NCBI GenBank assembly: GCA_002633005.1
Contig: NMRA01000615.1
Coordinates: 124,001-188,000 of the forward strand
Direction of reading: 5' to 3'
Length of the DNA: 64,000 nucleotides
Origin: Phoronis australis
Lineage: Eukaryota; Animalia; Phoronida
The notes under the pieces were generated by a model that was given only the letters and a program-made list of their open reading frames with translations, did not search any database and was not told the origin of the DNA. Position numbers and translations under genes: made by a program. Positions 12,201-23,461 of this stretch are shown here, piece after piece. Every line of letters begins with the position of its first letter. Position 1 is the first letter of the stretch.

Positions 12201-15200
12201 TCCTCTGGAATTTTTTTACACTGGTGTTTCTGATTGGCTAGTCGAATTCTCAATAGGCAGCACTTTAGGTAAACAAACTGGCATGACTGATCGACTGAAG
12301 TGTTGGGCAGACAAATCGGTGCTTAAAATTTATGTTCAGGAAATGTGAATCCTAGAAATTGTGGTTGCGCCTTTTCAGAGCGCATCTTTCTACTGTCGAT
12401 GACTTTTGTTTACGATACTGTCATGTATTCACACAGTATGAATAACACACCAGATAAATCGGCCAGATATGTGTTTATTGTAAGTGTTTCAAGCTCGCGG
12501 CTGTTAAACATCACTGCAGAAATGAAATAGTTGCTGCGACGCCACTTGTATGACGAGGCTAAAAATCGTTCACAGTCCGCCATTTTTTCAAGGTGTTGTA
12601 AAGCTAACCAATGACTGCTGAGATTACATCAACCAGTGCTAAAGCGTGTGCCACTGCATGATACCTGCATGCTAGCTAGGCACGTAAGGAACCAGCGAGT
12701 ATGGCACGTGTTCAAAAGTGCAGTGCTTGAAGTGCCATCTAGTGAGTGATGGAAATACCACCTTGTGAACAAATACTGGAAAGTTTGGTACTTGGACATA
12801 GCTTCATATTTAAATTATAGTTTTGTTGTGAATTACTCTGACTTATAACTTTGAACTGATCTATCGTTGTAGAATTGTCGTGTGTGTCACGGAACGGCGG
12901 CTGCAGTCAGACATGTACACCCACACCCAGAGGGCCTGTGTGTTCGTGCTACCATGGCTACCGGCTGTTGAGTGACGGGATGTCATGTGAGGACATTGAT
13001 GAGTGTGCGAGTGACAGGATGTTGTGTTCACAGACTTGTGTCAATCATAAGGGAGGTTACAGGTAAGCACTTGCAGCCATAAAAGGGACACAATTGGTGG
13101 AAGAGCCAAAAAAAGCGTTTTAGGGATTTCTGTTGAGAATAGACTTATTGAAGTTATTAGCTATGATATGACTGTAAAACATCAAAATCTGTTTTTTGTG
13201 ATTTTATTAGGAATTAGATTCCTGACAATGGCTTCCAATCATTTGGTTGAATTAACTGAAAACTAGGTCATTGACCTTATCTGTTAAACAATGCTTAATG
13301 CGCTCTACTGTTTGGCATATTGGCTTCTATAGCTCTTCTGGCAGTCTTTAGGCTGAACTCATTGTCACCTATTCTCTTGATACACACCACACACTGAACT
13401 GTTGCTGTTATTTATTCAACAAAAATGAAGTTTGGCAATGAATGTTTTCACGGAAGAAAGCGTCCATTTGCTAAAGATCCATTTTCTCAGGACAAGGGGG
13501 TCTCTTTTAAAAGTTTCAAAACCTTAAGTGCTTTTGCACCAAGTTGCTTACTGCAGCTCTGCCTAGTTTTCTTTTATCTGTGTGTAAAAGTTAAGAGTCG
13601 GATATACTGAAGGTAAGTGGGTCTCATCATAAAATAAGACAATAATTTGGCAGCTATTAGTTTATTCCCACATATTAAATCGTTCCAGTTCAGAAAGTTC
13701 GACTGACTGCAGTACTGAAGGCCGTACATTTTATTTTGAAAAATACCCGATCATAATTATTTAATTGTAAATCAATGTCAGAGCGTAAGTCTCACTACAT
13801 TGTAAGTTGATCAAATACAGAACATGTCTGTTGTCTTCTGCTACCGATATCTTGATTGTTACTCATGTGACCTATAGTCTTGTTTAGTGTGATGTCGACT
13901 TGTTAAATAAGCTTTAGGACCTGGTCAAATAAAGTTTTTATGCCAAAATTAAAACTACTTCTACTTCTAAGAATAATAATTGGGCCATATTTTACCTAGC
14001 ATTTTCGATTACTTAGTACATAGAAGATTATTCCCCTGCTATTGACCTGGTTAATCTTAGTCCTTCACAAATAACACAAGAACACATAACGGGTACAACC
14101 ATTGCCAGCGCACACTGATTAACTCAAACACATGATTTTGTAAAGGTTTCAAGTCCTAAAATACTCCCGTGAATTGGAAAAATGCCCAATGCCTGCAAAA
14201 TGCTTGACAATGTGAAGTGATTGCATTTATATTGCGGGTCCAAGCCGTGTCATAATAGTAGATGACATGTAATCGCTAAACATCGAGGGACAAGGCAAAT
14301 TATTTCATTGCTCATTGGTGCAACTATATTTAATTTTGTTTACACTCTTGCATATTATGTGACTGTGGTATTTTCTAATTGTGGGTTTTGTTTGGCTGCC
14401 TATGACAATCTTTTAGACTTAAGAACACATACACTCATTCACTTTTACTTTAATCAATAGTTACAGTAATCAGAACCAATCCTTATTCAAAGCATTGTGC
14501 AGCACTATTTGAGAGCCAGCTAAACCCTTTTCAGAACCGGCAAATTCGGAGCGTAAGACCAAATTTCTTAAGTTTAAGGTCATGCGCTTTCACAAGACAG
14601 GCCCTCGTGTATATTTCAGATGTTCCTGTTACCGTGGTTACTTACTTACTAACGATGGAGAAACGTGCAAAGCCACGGGCGAAGAACCCAACCTCGTCTT
14701 CAGCAACTACAACCAACTGCGCTTCACGTCAATTGCCAAAGAGCACTATGGTTTGATTAGTGAAAATGTGAATGAACACTACATTTCTCTGGACTTTTAT
14801 TGGACAAGTCATGTGTTGTACATGTCTGACATAACAGAACGTGCGATAGTAAGTTTGTCTTTTCCCACCAAATCACCTGACGCAAAACCACTTTTCAAAG
14901 ATCTTCAGGCCAATGGTCTCGCTGTTGATTGGATTGTGGGTAATATTTTTATGACGCAGACTTGGCCGAAGGTTGGTTTAAAAGCATGCTCCGTGAACTC
15001 ACTACTCTGTCAATTGATCGCCACAGAGAATATTGACCAACCATTGGCCGTTGCTGTCAACCCATTGGCCGGACTTGTGTTTTGGTCAGAGGTTGGCTCA
15101 TATCCAAGGATCGAGAGTTCGTGGATGAATGGCGCCAACAGGCGCATATTGGTAGACAGCAAGATCTCCTGGCCAACTGGCATCACCATCGATGTGACCT

Positions 15201-18200
15201 CCAGCTCCCTGTTTTGGGTCGACACCAAACTAAACAAGCTAGAGAGGTGCGATGTTGATGGAGGAAATCGTGTACGATTGGCTGGTTCGTCCGTGGTTGG
15301 TCATCCCTACAGTGTGTCTGTGTTTGAGGATGCTGTTTTCTGGACAGATTGGAAGTCTGGCATTATCAGCAAGGCTAACAAACGCACTGGAAATAATGCC
15401 ACTGTTGTCTTGGCACACCTACGTCGTCCCATGGATCTGCAGGTTGTTCATCCGTCTTTACAACTTAGCGCATCAAACCACTGCGCTACAATCCAGCCAG
15501 CATGTACACACCTCTGCTTCCTGACACCAGTTGGCGCACAGTGCAGCTGTCCAATTGGTTACTCTATGCAGAATGGAACCTGCCAGATACTGCAGCAGGT
15601 GACGCCATCTATTGCATTTGACGGGATCAACTTCCCTGTACTTCCTAACTCAACTGATGTGTTCAGACATATGAGGGTGACGTGTCTACGCAACATCTGT
15701 CATAATGAAGGCATCTGCTACCATATGGTGACGGGTGAGTAGATGTATAATTGAAACTCAAGCCGTATTTTCACTTCACCCTGACAAAAAACAGCTGTAG
15801 GGTGTTCTGCTATAATTCCATTTTTGGTAACATTTTACTTGTCAAAAATTTCTGATAACTTTGAGGCAAAAATTTTCAGGTGATTTTTGTCAGGTGCGGA
15901 TTGCGCAACATTGTTTGTTGCTGTTTTTTCGCTTTGCTTTCAATAAAGACAGACCCTCTTCAACGAAATTAATCAACTACTTGTCAAGTGTTTTGTTCTA
16001 CGTTCAAATTGGCTATCCATCAAACATGTTTTTTGTTGGATGCGTTTATTTACGACAAACGCTGCATTTTTGTTTTCAGGTCAGTCCTGTGACTGCCCGG
16101 CCAACTACACCGGTCTGTTGTGTGAGGTATCACCACCCACTGGCACAGTTGACACAGTGCGCCCCCTGTCGTCTGGTCTGTCCAGCGTGCACACAGTGGG
16201 TATTGTAGTCACCTGTGTACTTCTTGTCATCGTTGTGATTTTCGCCACTCTCTACTTTTGTAAATGGAATGGGTAAGTAACTACGGTGACAGTAGAACAG
16301 GGGCCTGTTTCAAGAAACTGACTTCAGTTAATTTTTTATTAAGTCTTACTCAACTTCCAAACTTTGCAACTTCTACGTACCGTAAGTTAATAAAAATTAA
16401 GACAAAACTTAAGTCACAAACAAACTTAAGTCAAACTTATTATCTCCTTCTTGAAATGGACTTGACACAAAGTTTTATCTTAAAATTGACCGAAACATAA
16501 GATTTGTCTTATCTAAGTCACTTTTCATGGAACTGGCCTCAGAATCTCGTCAAAGTTGTTTCAGGAGTTTGCCATAGCAATGACGAGTAGACGTTCCTAT
16601 CGCCCATTGTTGAGCAATGTTATGATCAAACTCCGCCAACTGATAGGTCTCAGCCCTGCCCTGAGTTGTATAGTGGAGGCTGTTACTTCTTGTGATGGTT
16701 GACTCAATCCTCACTAGGTGGTGCTTATGAAGAAATTGTTGCCGTCTTTTTAATGTCTTGGAGTAGATTGAGAATACAAAGCAGTTCCTCAGCGTTGAGT
16801 TTGCTAATGTTATAAGAGATTCTGATGACTACCTGAATGCAGGTCTTTCTACAGGTAGGTTACACTTGCGCCACCCAGGCCTTCATGCAGCGTACGTCCT
16901 GGGCGTCCAAATGGACGCCCCAGCACTAATATGGACGCCCTGGCAAGGACGCCCAATGTATCATTTGGACGCCCACTGTCAATAGGAATCTTTCAAGTTT
17001 GGACACACACATTGTAATGATTACTAGGAAGCCTCTGAAGGCTCACAGTGGGGGCTCTTTTTCAAAGCAGGAAGAAATATACATTGTATATACAAAGTAT
17101 ATACAATGTTGCTATGCTCACACTTGGTTGATAGCATTATAAAAGTCTTGGTCTACACCAATTTTTTATTAAAAATGCTCACTACAGAAGGCTGTTTTGT
17201 AAACTTAGATGAAAAACCTTGGTCTATGGATTTTTTTGTAAAAAAAATCTGTGTGTTTGGGATTGCTGGGGATGGGGGGTTACGCGTCGGAATTATGGAC
17301 GCCCTGGAATATAGGGAACCTCATTTTGGACACCCTATTTTCGAAATCCTGGATGAAGGCCTGGCGCCACCTAGTGTTTCGAGTTCTTCATTATCATTAG
17401 TGTCACCAAAATATGTCCACGAGAGTATTGAATGACATTGATTTTTTTCTTGTCTCATTTTTGTGATGTTGCTTACTGCTTTGGCAGCTGGAAATGTTTT
17501 GTCAAATTTTTCATGTTTGGACATTTTTGCTTTTGACATAAATTTCAGAAAATAGCTTCAATACTGACCACATTGTACAAGACAGCAAATTAAAAGCAGA
17601 ATCTTTAATTGTTACTTTAACTACAGTTATTATCCAGTGCAAAACATCAAGACCAGGTTCTAGATTGATAATTACCCACTCCCCCTTCTAGCAATAATAG
17701 TAACTGTGAAGTCTGGAGTGAGGCCTCGCACATGACATAATACATCCAGTCAGTGTGATATAACACATCACATAATACAGACCATCAATGTGATACCACA
17801 ACACATAATACAGACCGTCAAAGTGATAGCACATCACATAATATAGACAGTTAGTGTGATAGCACATCACATAATACAGACCATCAATGTGATACCACAA
17901 CACATAATACAGACCGTCAATGTGATAACACATCACATAATACAGAAAACAATAAAAGTATAAACTTTCACCAATTTGGCACGCAACATTGTAGGAAAGC
18001 GACATTTTTCTCACTTTTTTACCGTAAAACAGTGGGAAACTGTGATCATAATATATTGTCCATAGTTTCCCACAGTTTTCCTCAAGAGCAACACCAGGTG
18101 TCGCTGAAGCTTGAAAATATTGGCAAAGCATGGCTTGCAAATCTCAATTAAGTGCAGTAAATAATAAAAGAACATTTTTACGACTACCTTTGAAGCTGTG

Positions 18201-20060
18201 GAACTCCCACATGTGTCCTTAAAACTTTCGTTGTTTTGTCTATCAATTACCATCGTAAATCACTATTGATTTTCAGTTAACTGCCCTCACATTCCCGTTT
18301 TTTGATCAATTGATACAATAGTCAATAAAGGTAGACACAGCTTTGTTTACAGGTGATGGATCATTACTGCTAGTGTTGAAAGTGAGTGCACGTAGTGGTG
18401 CTGACAGTTCAATTTGTATCAGTCTTAGCATCAGGAATTTAATGTGAAACACTTTCTACTTAACTCATGCAGTGATCAGATGATGCCGAGTGTGTAGGTA
18501 TGTTTGTGAAGACAGTACCAGTTTTCAGTTTGATTATACCCATTTTCATATTACACCTGGCCTTTAAAACTATTCGCGCTTATTGTAAATTGTTTTTGTT
18601 TTTTTCAAGTTAACATACAGTCACCTTATTGAGGTACAGCAGTTTTCAAAAAAGACTGGGCTACGTCGAAATTTGACAAAGTTTTCACGCACAAAACTGT
18701 TACTTAATTTACACTTTCTTATTTTCAGCTAGAATTTGTTTCAGTTCTGGCTAAATTTCCATAAAATCTTAACAGGCGTTGTTTCCAGCCATGTTCTAGA
18801 AATTGTGACAACTTGCTGCGCAAGTCCATTACATGAATAAAGATTTAGCAACTGGACGCTATAATGTCGCATTAGACTGCGACAAAAGAAATGCTATTTT
18901 ATTGTGACAAGAGTTCAACTAAATGGCCAAACAGTTCGGTCTGGCATGATGTTTATCTAGAATTTTGGAACAGAGTTCTGTCAAAGTCTGTCTAATTCAT
19001 TTTGAAAAGTGTACTTAAAAGCAATTTTTTAAGTCTCCCAAATATTGTGTCATGTGTACCAAACAATGCCCATCATGAGATACTTTCATTTCGCAGCCAT
19101 CGCTACAACTTTCTCCGTCAAGTTGCACGTTTCCACCGCCGTGCTACAAAAGGTGGCGACACTGAAGATGCCGAGAGGTTGGTGTTTGAAACATACCATG
19201 CTGGCCAGTCCATCGACGTAAGTGAATGGTATTCATGAACTGGGGTCAAAATAGTGCTAAGTCATCTTCAAGGTGGACCAGTAGTAACCTGTGACTAATT
19301 CCCAGGAAGAGCTCATGTAGAGAGAGTTTGTCTTTTAACAGGACTCATTTTGTCAACCTGCAGGTCATTGATGTGACCTTTTTTGTACAAAATTCATTTC
19401 ATTTTTAGCTCTTGTCAGTGAGTGAGGTTTGGTGACCTCATTTTCTGCTTTGCAACCTGGGAATTTTGCCGGTCATGTTTGACCAGTCGAAGTTATGCTA
19501 AATATTGAGCCCTGGTTATCTAAATATAAGAATAGCAATAAGCTGTAGATAGGGATTTTCAAGGAGTGTTGCTTCACTAGCGCCACATAGTACCAACGTG
19601 TAAATTCAAATGTGTAAATTCTCCTGTCCAACCCACCGAGTGATTTGCTTGGCATCAATTAGTCTCTCAACTTGTTTTAAAACCTTTAGCAACTTTCAGT
19701 TCTCCTTATATTCCCATCGTCGCAATATACTGCACTTCTTTACTTAAATAGATAATAATGAGCCTGCAAATTCCACTTTAATTTCTTGCAGTTTTCTCCC
19801 TTGAAAATATTCTACAATGAATAGACTAAGTGCTCTCTTTATCCTGTTAGAATTCACCAGAGCCTGTCAAGAAGTCAGAGAAACGATCGTCTCTCGGCAG
19901 CAGTGAACTGAGCACGACTTCACAGACAGATGTCACTACGGATCCCGAGATGTCGACAGACTCGTCCGAGTCACCCCGTGATGTCAATCAACTTCTTCCT
20001 GGAGTTCACAAGACGAGAAGACTGAGCAATTTACCAGCCTTAATGAAGCGGGAAACTTAA
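11..20060 (+). CDS. VgR: LDL-receptor-family gene, vitellogenin receptor/yolkless-like; 5'-partial, 13 exons: join(11..223,1119..1288,1995..2120,2952..3215,3847..3994,5752..5910,6653..6889,7721..7947,12873..13062,14620..15734,16080..16272,19097..19217,19851..20060)
   Basis: All introns GT-AG with consistent phases. Domain order YWTD - EGF - 8 LDLa (CDGxxDCxDxSDE) - EGF - cbEGF - YWTD - EGF - EGF - TM - tail matches the second half of arthropod-type VgR. LDLR family certain; VgR orthology inferred from architecture. Confidence 0.8.
1119..1288 (+). CDS. VgR: VgR-like exon, end of YWTD propeller (HCFSLALLHDMLYIADW)
   Basis: ttcag acceptor, gtaatt donor; phase 2 to 1 fits neighbours. Confidence 0.85.
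1995..2120 (+). CDS. VgR: VgR-like exon, EGF repeat (CAVDNGGCSNLC...CLCPLGMILDKDGSNC)
   Basis: Manual translation (frame absent from ORF track); ggcag acceptor, gtaagt donor. Confidence 0.9.
2230..2832 (-). mobile_element. Possible decayed tRNA-derived SINE
   Basis: Minus strand begins GTGGTGTAGCCTAGTG (A-box-like), then GGGTTTCAGTCC (degenerate B-box) and CCTTGAGTCAAG; 3' limit uncertain. Confidence 0.35.
2952..3215 (+). CDS. VgR: VgR-like exon, LDLa repeats 1-2
   Basis: CDGSIDCQDRSDE and CDRDSDCHDGSDE; gacag acceptor, gtatgt donor. Confidence 0.9.
3847..3994 (+). CDS. VgR: VgR-like exon, LDLa repeat 3
   Basis: CTLDEFHCADDVCVPKESVCDGVEDCRQGDDE; tttag acceptor, gtgagt donor. Confidence 0.9.
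5752..5910 (+). CDS. VgR: VgR-like exon, LDLa repeats 4-5
   Basis: FNCGNGQCVPDEWVCDTQEDCNNGADE; tctag acceptor, gtgtgg donor. Confidence 0.88.
6653..6889 (+). CDS. VgR: VgR-like exon, LDLa repeats 5-7
   Basis: CDGAYDCEDQSDE, CDGNSDCLHGTDE; attag acceptor, gtaagc donor. Confidence 0.9.
7721..7947 (+). CDS. VgR: VgR-like exon, LDLa repeats 7-8
   Basis: CIPADWVCDGMDDC, CDGRMDCIEGSDE; tatag acceptor, gttagt donor. Confidence 0.9.
8674..9959 (+). mobile_element. Older, diverged Helentron/DINE-1(HINE)-like element with ~150-bp internal tandem repeats
   Basis: Head TTTTTATGCTCC...ATCTCTGTCCAGGCGTCTGGCGTC homologous to the head at 9960; followed by degenerate copies of the same repeat monomers. 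Confidence 0.65.
9960..11610 (+). mobile_element. Younger Helentron/DINE-1(HINE)-like element: head hairpin, (GTCC)n tract, ~452-bp higher-order tandem repeat (x~3)
   Basis: TTTTTATGTGCCC head with imperfect hairpin, (TCCG)n at ~10010-10046, GGATCCGACTACCGG recurring at 10184, 10636, 11087; 3' end not resolved. Confidence 0.75.
12873..13062 (+). CDS. VgR: VgR-like exon, EGF plus calcium-binding EGF
   Basis: NGGCSQTC...CSCYHGYRL...CEDIDEC; tgtag acceptor, gtaagc donor. Confidence 0.92.
14620..15734 (+). CDS. VgR: VgR-like large exon: YWTD propeller plus EGF repeats
   Basis: GLAVDW, VFWSE, WPTGITID, LFWVD, VFWTDW; ttcag acceptor, gtgagt donor. Confidence 0.95.
16080..16272 (+). CDS. VgR: VgR-like exon: end of EGF, short Ser/Thr stalk, transmembrane helix
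   Basis: CDCPANYTGLLCE; VGIVVTCVLLVIVVIFATLYF; ttcag acceptor, gtaagt donor. Confidence 0.92.
16301..16539. mobile_element. MITE, PIF/Harbinger-like (CAG TSD)
   Basis: Imperfect ~24-bp TIRs GGGCCTGTTTCAAGAAACTGACTT / AAGTCACTTTTCATGGAACTGGCCT, CAG on both flanks. Confidence 0.7.
16876..17363. mobile_element. hAT-type MITE with 8-bp TSD GCGCCACC
   Basis: TIRs CAGGCCTTCATGCAG / CTGGATGAAGGCCTG; TSD at 16868-16875 and 17364-17371; subterminal GGACGCCC repeats. Confidence 0.85.
17729..17946. repeat. 33-bp minisatellite, ~6.5 copies (CACATAATACAGACCATCAATGTGATACCACAA-like)
   Basis: Direct reading; explains the 11-aa periodic ORF 17688..18140. Confidence 0.9.
19097..19217 (+). CDS. VgR: VgR-like cytoplasmic exon 1 (HRYNFLRQVARFHRR...QSID)
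   Basis: ttcgcag acceptor, gtaagt donor, phase 2 to 0; basic juxtamembrane stretch. Confidence 0.75.
19851..20060 (+). CDS. VgR: VgR-like terminal exon (NSPEPVKK...DVNQLL...MKRET*)
   Basis: Pyrimidine tract + gttag acceptor, open 70 codons to TAA; AATAAA signals downstream (~20666, ~20785, ~20988). Confidence 0.72.
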   Translation, partial: NSPEPVKKSEKRSSLGSSELSTTSQTDVTTDPEMSTDSSESPRDVNQLLPGVHKTRRLSNLPALMKRET

Positions 20061-23000
20061 GTTTGCACTTGAAAAGTCATAGGATGCATTGCAATTGGTT
20101 GAAGATTTGAGTACCCTAACCTTTTGATTGGTTGTTGGAAGTACTAGATTTCTGATTGGCAGCTAGTATCTAGGCCATGTGATTGGCTGGTAGGTGGCAC
20201 TTTGGTTAGCTGTGTAATGATCTAGCTGCTGGATTGGCTGGAAGGTGTATCAATGGTGTGAGTGAATATTAGCCACACAAGTGATTTTGGAGACATAGGG
20301 GTGATATTTGGCTTATTTGATCATGTGGTGAAGGCTTATGGCACTGCTTTTCTGTTTAGCAGAGTTTGGGAACGTCAGGTGCATAATTAAATAAATTGAA
20401 GCGTGCGTTTAAGGAATGCTTAATTTATGAATGGATTCTGTGCTACTTTTTATTATAAATGTTCCGGCATTGTATGGCCATCGTTCTTTGAGTATCCATA
20501 TGTTGTTCAAGACCCCTTGTTGTTTCAGCCGAGATCAGATCTCTTTCTTGCTTGAGTCTCAATCAAGCAGGGAGAGCGATTGAGGCTTTTGCCACATAAT
20601 TTGAAAATTCTGAGTTTTGGGTTAAACAACTCGTTATTTATCGTAAAACAATTGCTTTTCTTGTGAATAAATGGTGCTATGTTTCAGATTTTCTTTATAA
20701 CCTCGCCAAAGAAAAACTTGCTATCTATTTAATTACTGTCTTACCTTTTAAATGTTTGTTGAATTGTTTCTGTTTGTCGAGTTAAATAAATTTGTTGATT
20801 TAATTTATATCTAATTTTTTCAATACAAGTTCGGTTACTTCGTTGAAGGAAAGCGCCATGTCGATGGAACTAATGGTTCCGATGTTTTTACTAAATGTTT
20901 GTTGAATTGTTTTTGTTCGTTGATTTAAATGTCTTTGTTGATATATTTTTACATTCAGTTGGCCCATTGTTGACACGTGGTGCTGAAATAAATAAATAAA
21001 TAGATACCGACATTGGAAAAGTTGTAATGTGTAAATATCGTACGACTGGTTTGTGACAATGTATTGCTTATGTCTTGTTGTTGTTGCTATTTCATGTTAT
21101 CACATATTTAGAGTGTGTCTGTTATGTAATATAATGATATCAGAACCTATGAATGAATTCCTTTTGTTCTTGCTGACCTAGTATAGAAACAAGCCTGGGA
21201 ATACTTCAAAACCAACCACACACAACAAATTCAATTGTGGGAGTATTGTATCAATACATTCAAGGCTTGTGGTGTTCACAATTGGCAGTTAATTGTTCTC
21301 AAAGAATGTTAGGTTACATGTATGAACACAGTTTAATGGCCAGCTCTGTTTTTAGCATGGATCACTCAGTGAGCTATTTTTAGCAGGATCACTTAGAGGG
21401 CTATATTTTTCTTTATTAAATGAACATCAGTTTTGGGGCCAAAATGCATTTTTAGGATTGTTGTTGGTGGGATACACATTTTGTTTCTGTAAGTTTATTA
21501 CAGATATTCACTTGCTGCCGTTTCCTGACTTCATAGACATTCACTGAGGTCAAGATAGTGTCTACCTTTTAAATACCCTTGAAATTGGTGCTTGGGATTC
21601 CACTCGGCGGCATGAGCATTTGGTGGTTACTGGGAAAATGGTGGGTTCAATTTCGTCCAACTTTGAATTTCTAAAAATTATTTTTCTCACCGAGATTGTC
21701 CCTAAATCAACTTGGTCTTGAGATTTTGAAGTTTAATGTGCAATAAATACAGCTCTAAATGGTTAATTTTGAAACTAGTTTACAAGAAATCACTTTCACT
21801 TGTTTTCTTGATTTATAAAACACAAAAAGTCCAGTAATTTCAAAATCATTTACTCCTGCTTGTACATAAAAAATACAACACTGACTGAATTTAAAAATGA
21901 ATGTTTACTGTTTTTACCAAGTAATTTGTTCATTTACTGAACACTGGGAAACAAAAGCAAATAATGTCCAACAGACAACACACTTCATGAAAAAGGCTAC
22001 AACTGCAACTACTGTGGATGGAGGTAGTGAAATTAATGACTGAACGGGTCTCGTATTGATCGAACTAGCCGGGGATCGGCCGAAATGACGGACATGGAAT
22101 GCATGCAGCTTCCGTGCTCCAGGTTTTCTAACATTTTGAAAGATCGTTCTGAGAACTTTAACTTGGTGTCACAGAGTCCCCAAATTTTTTGAAAAGCTTG
22201 AATGTTGTCTTACAGCCATACATGTATCTAGGTTGATGTAGTCATTGGGGTTGGGCGTCATCGTGCAGGATGCATGCTGTTATTGGGGGGGGGCAAGGTG
22301 TCTCCACTAGCCGAACTGATCAATTACCAATTTTAGTCAACAATGCAAATAACTTCACTAGACTGTAATGAAGGATGAGTATTACCAGTAAACATTTGTA
22401 ACCAAAAATAAGCAATCCATTCTAAACTTGACAGTAAAATCGTTATAAAATAACACACAGTGCTTAGAGACACAACTACATCTAAAATGCAAAATACCAG
22501 GACTGGCTTCCATAAAACTTGGAAACTTATCTCCTGGATAAGTTTGATGGTAGTATATGACAATAGCAATGTGATACATGAGAATGTGATTTGCTTTCTA
22601 GTGTATAACTGCTTGAATGGAACGAAATCTTTCTACACTGATTTCGATGCCCAAAGTACTATATCCATGATGGCAATGGCAAGAAAAATGAGTGTTGTCG
22701 CAAACTACAACTATGTAGTCGGATCCCTCTCCTGGTACTTTAAAACCATCGGGGAGTTTTGAGGGGGTGTAATGGTGAACCCCTTCAAGATTGGGTCACT
22801 CCACACCAATCGCTCAATTCGTTTTGGTGGACGATAAAAATCGTGGAAAGGAAAATGTTGAGATCAAGCGTGCTTATTAACTGTTTAGACCTAGGCACAC
22901 TGCAAGAAGGAAATGCACTTTCAAATTCGAAAGTTTGTGGGATAAATACATTCTGATGTCAATCAGAAACCATGCCTTTGAAAGTGACGGAATCGAACAT

Positions 23001-23084
23001 TAGTTTTGCGCAAGGTTTAGAGCAGTAGTTTAGTGAGAAAATGTACAATTCAGATTAACTGAACCATGCAGTTATTTAAAAACA

Positions 23085-23461
23085 CTATGTGATGTTTTCT
23101 GAATTATCTCCCGTCTCTAGCTTCACGCCACTTAAATTGTGTCCATGTTCCTCGACATCACTAGTATCTTGCGCACAGTTCTCTTCGTCTCCAGTCCTTT
23201 TATTATTGTTGTTGGAGGTCCCTTTACTATCGTCTGCTGCCACTGACCAACCATTGCACTGATCAACACTACACGAGGCCTCCGTTTGTCCAATGTCATT
23301 GTCCTGTTTCCGATGCGCTACACTAGACACTGTGTCACCAGAGTCTTTCCTTATTTGGTCATTCGGACCAATGATTGTTCGTTTCAAGTCATTGTGCATG
23401 TCTTCATCTGCTTCGGATGGCGGCACACTGTTGCTGTCAAATGGGTGCGCCACTGTACGAC
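23085..23461 (-). CDS. Terminal exon of MGC-motif protein (acidic, probably disordered)
   Basis: ttttgtag acceptor, phase 1 continues exon 3, open to TAG at 23087-23085. Confidence 0.72.

Noticed and set aside
21600-21660. tRNA-like B-box (GGGTTCAATTTC)
   Set aside because: No cloverleaf or clear A-box; at most a SINE head remnant.
22053-22327. Possible TIR pair GTATTGATC / GATCAATTAC
   Set aside because: Too short and degenerate, no TSD.
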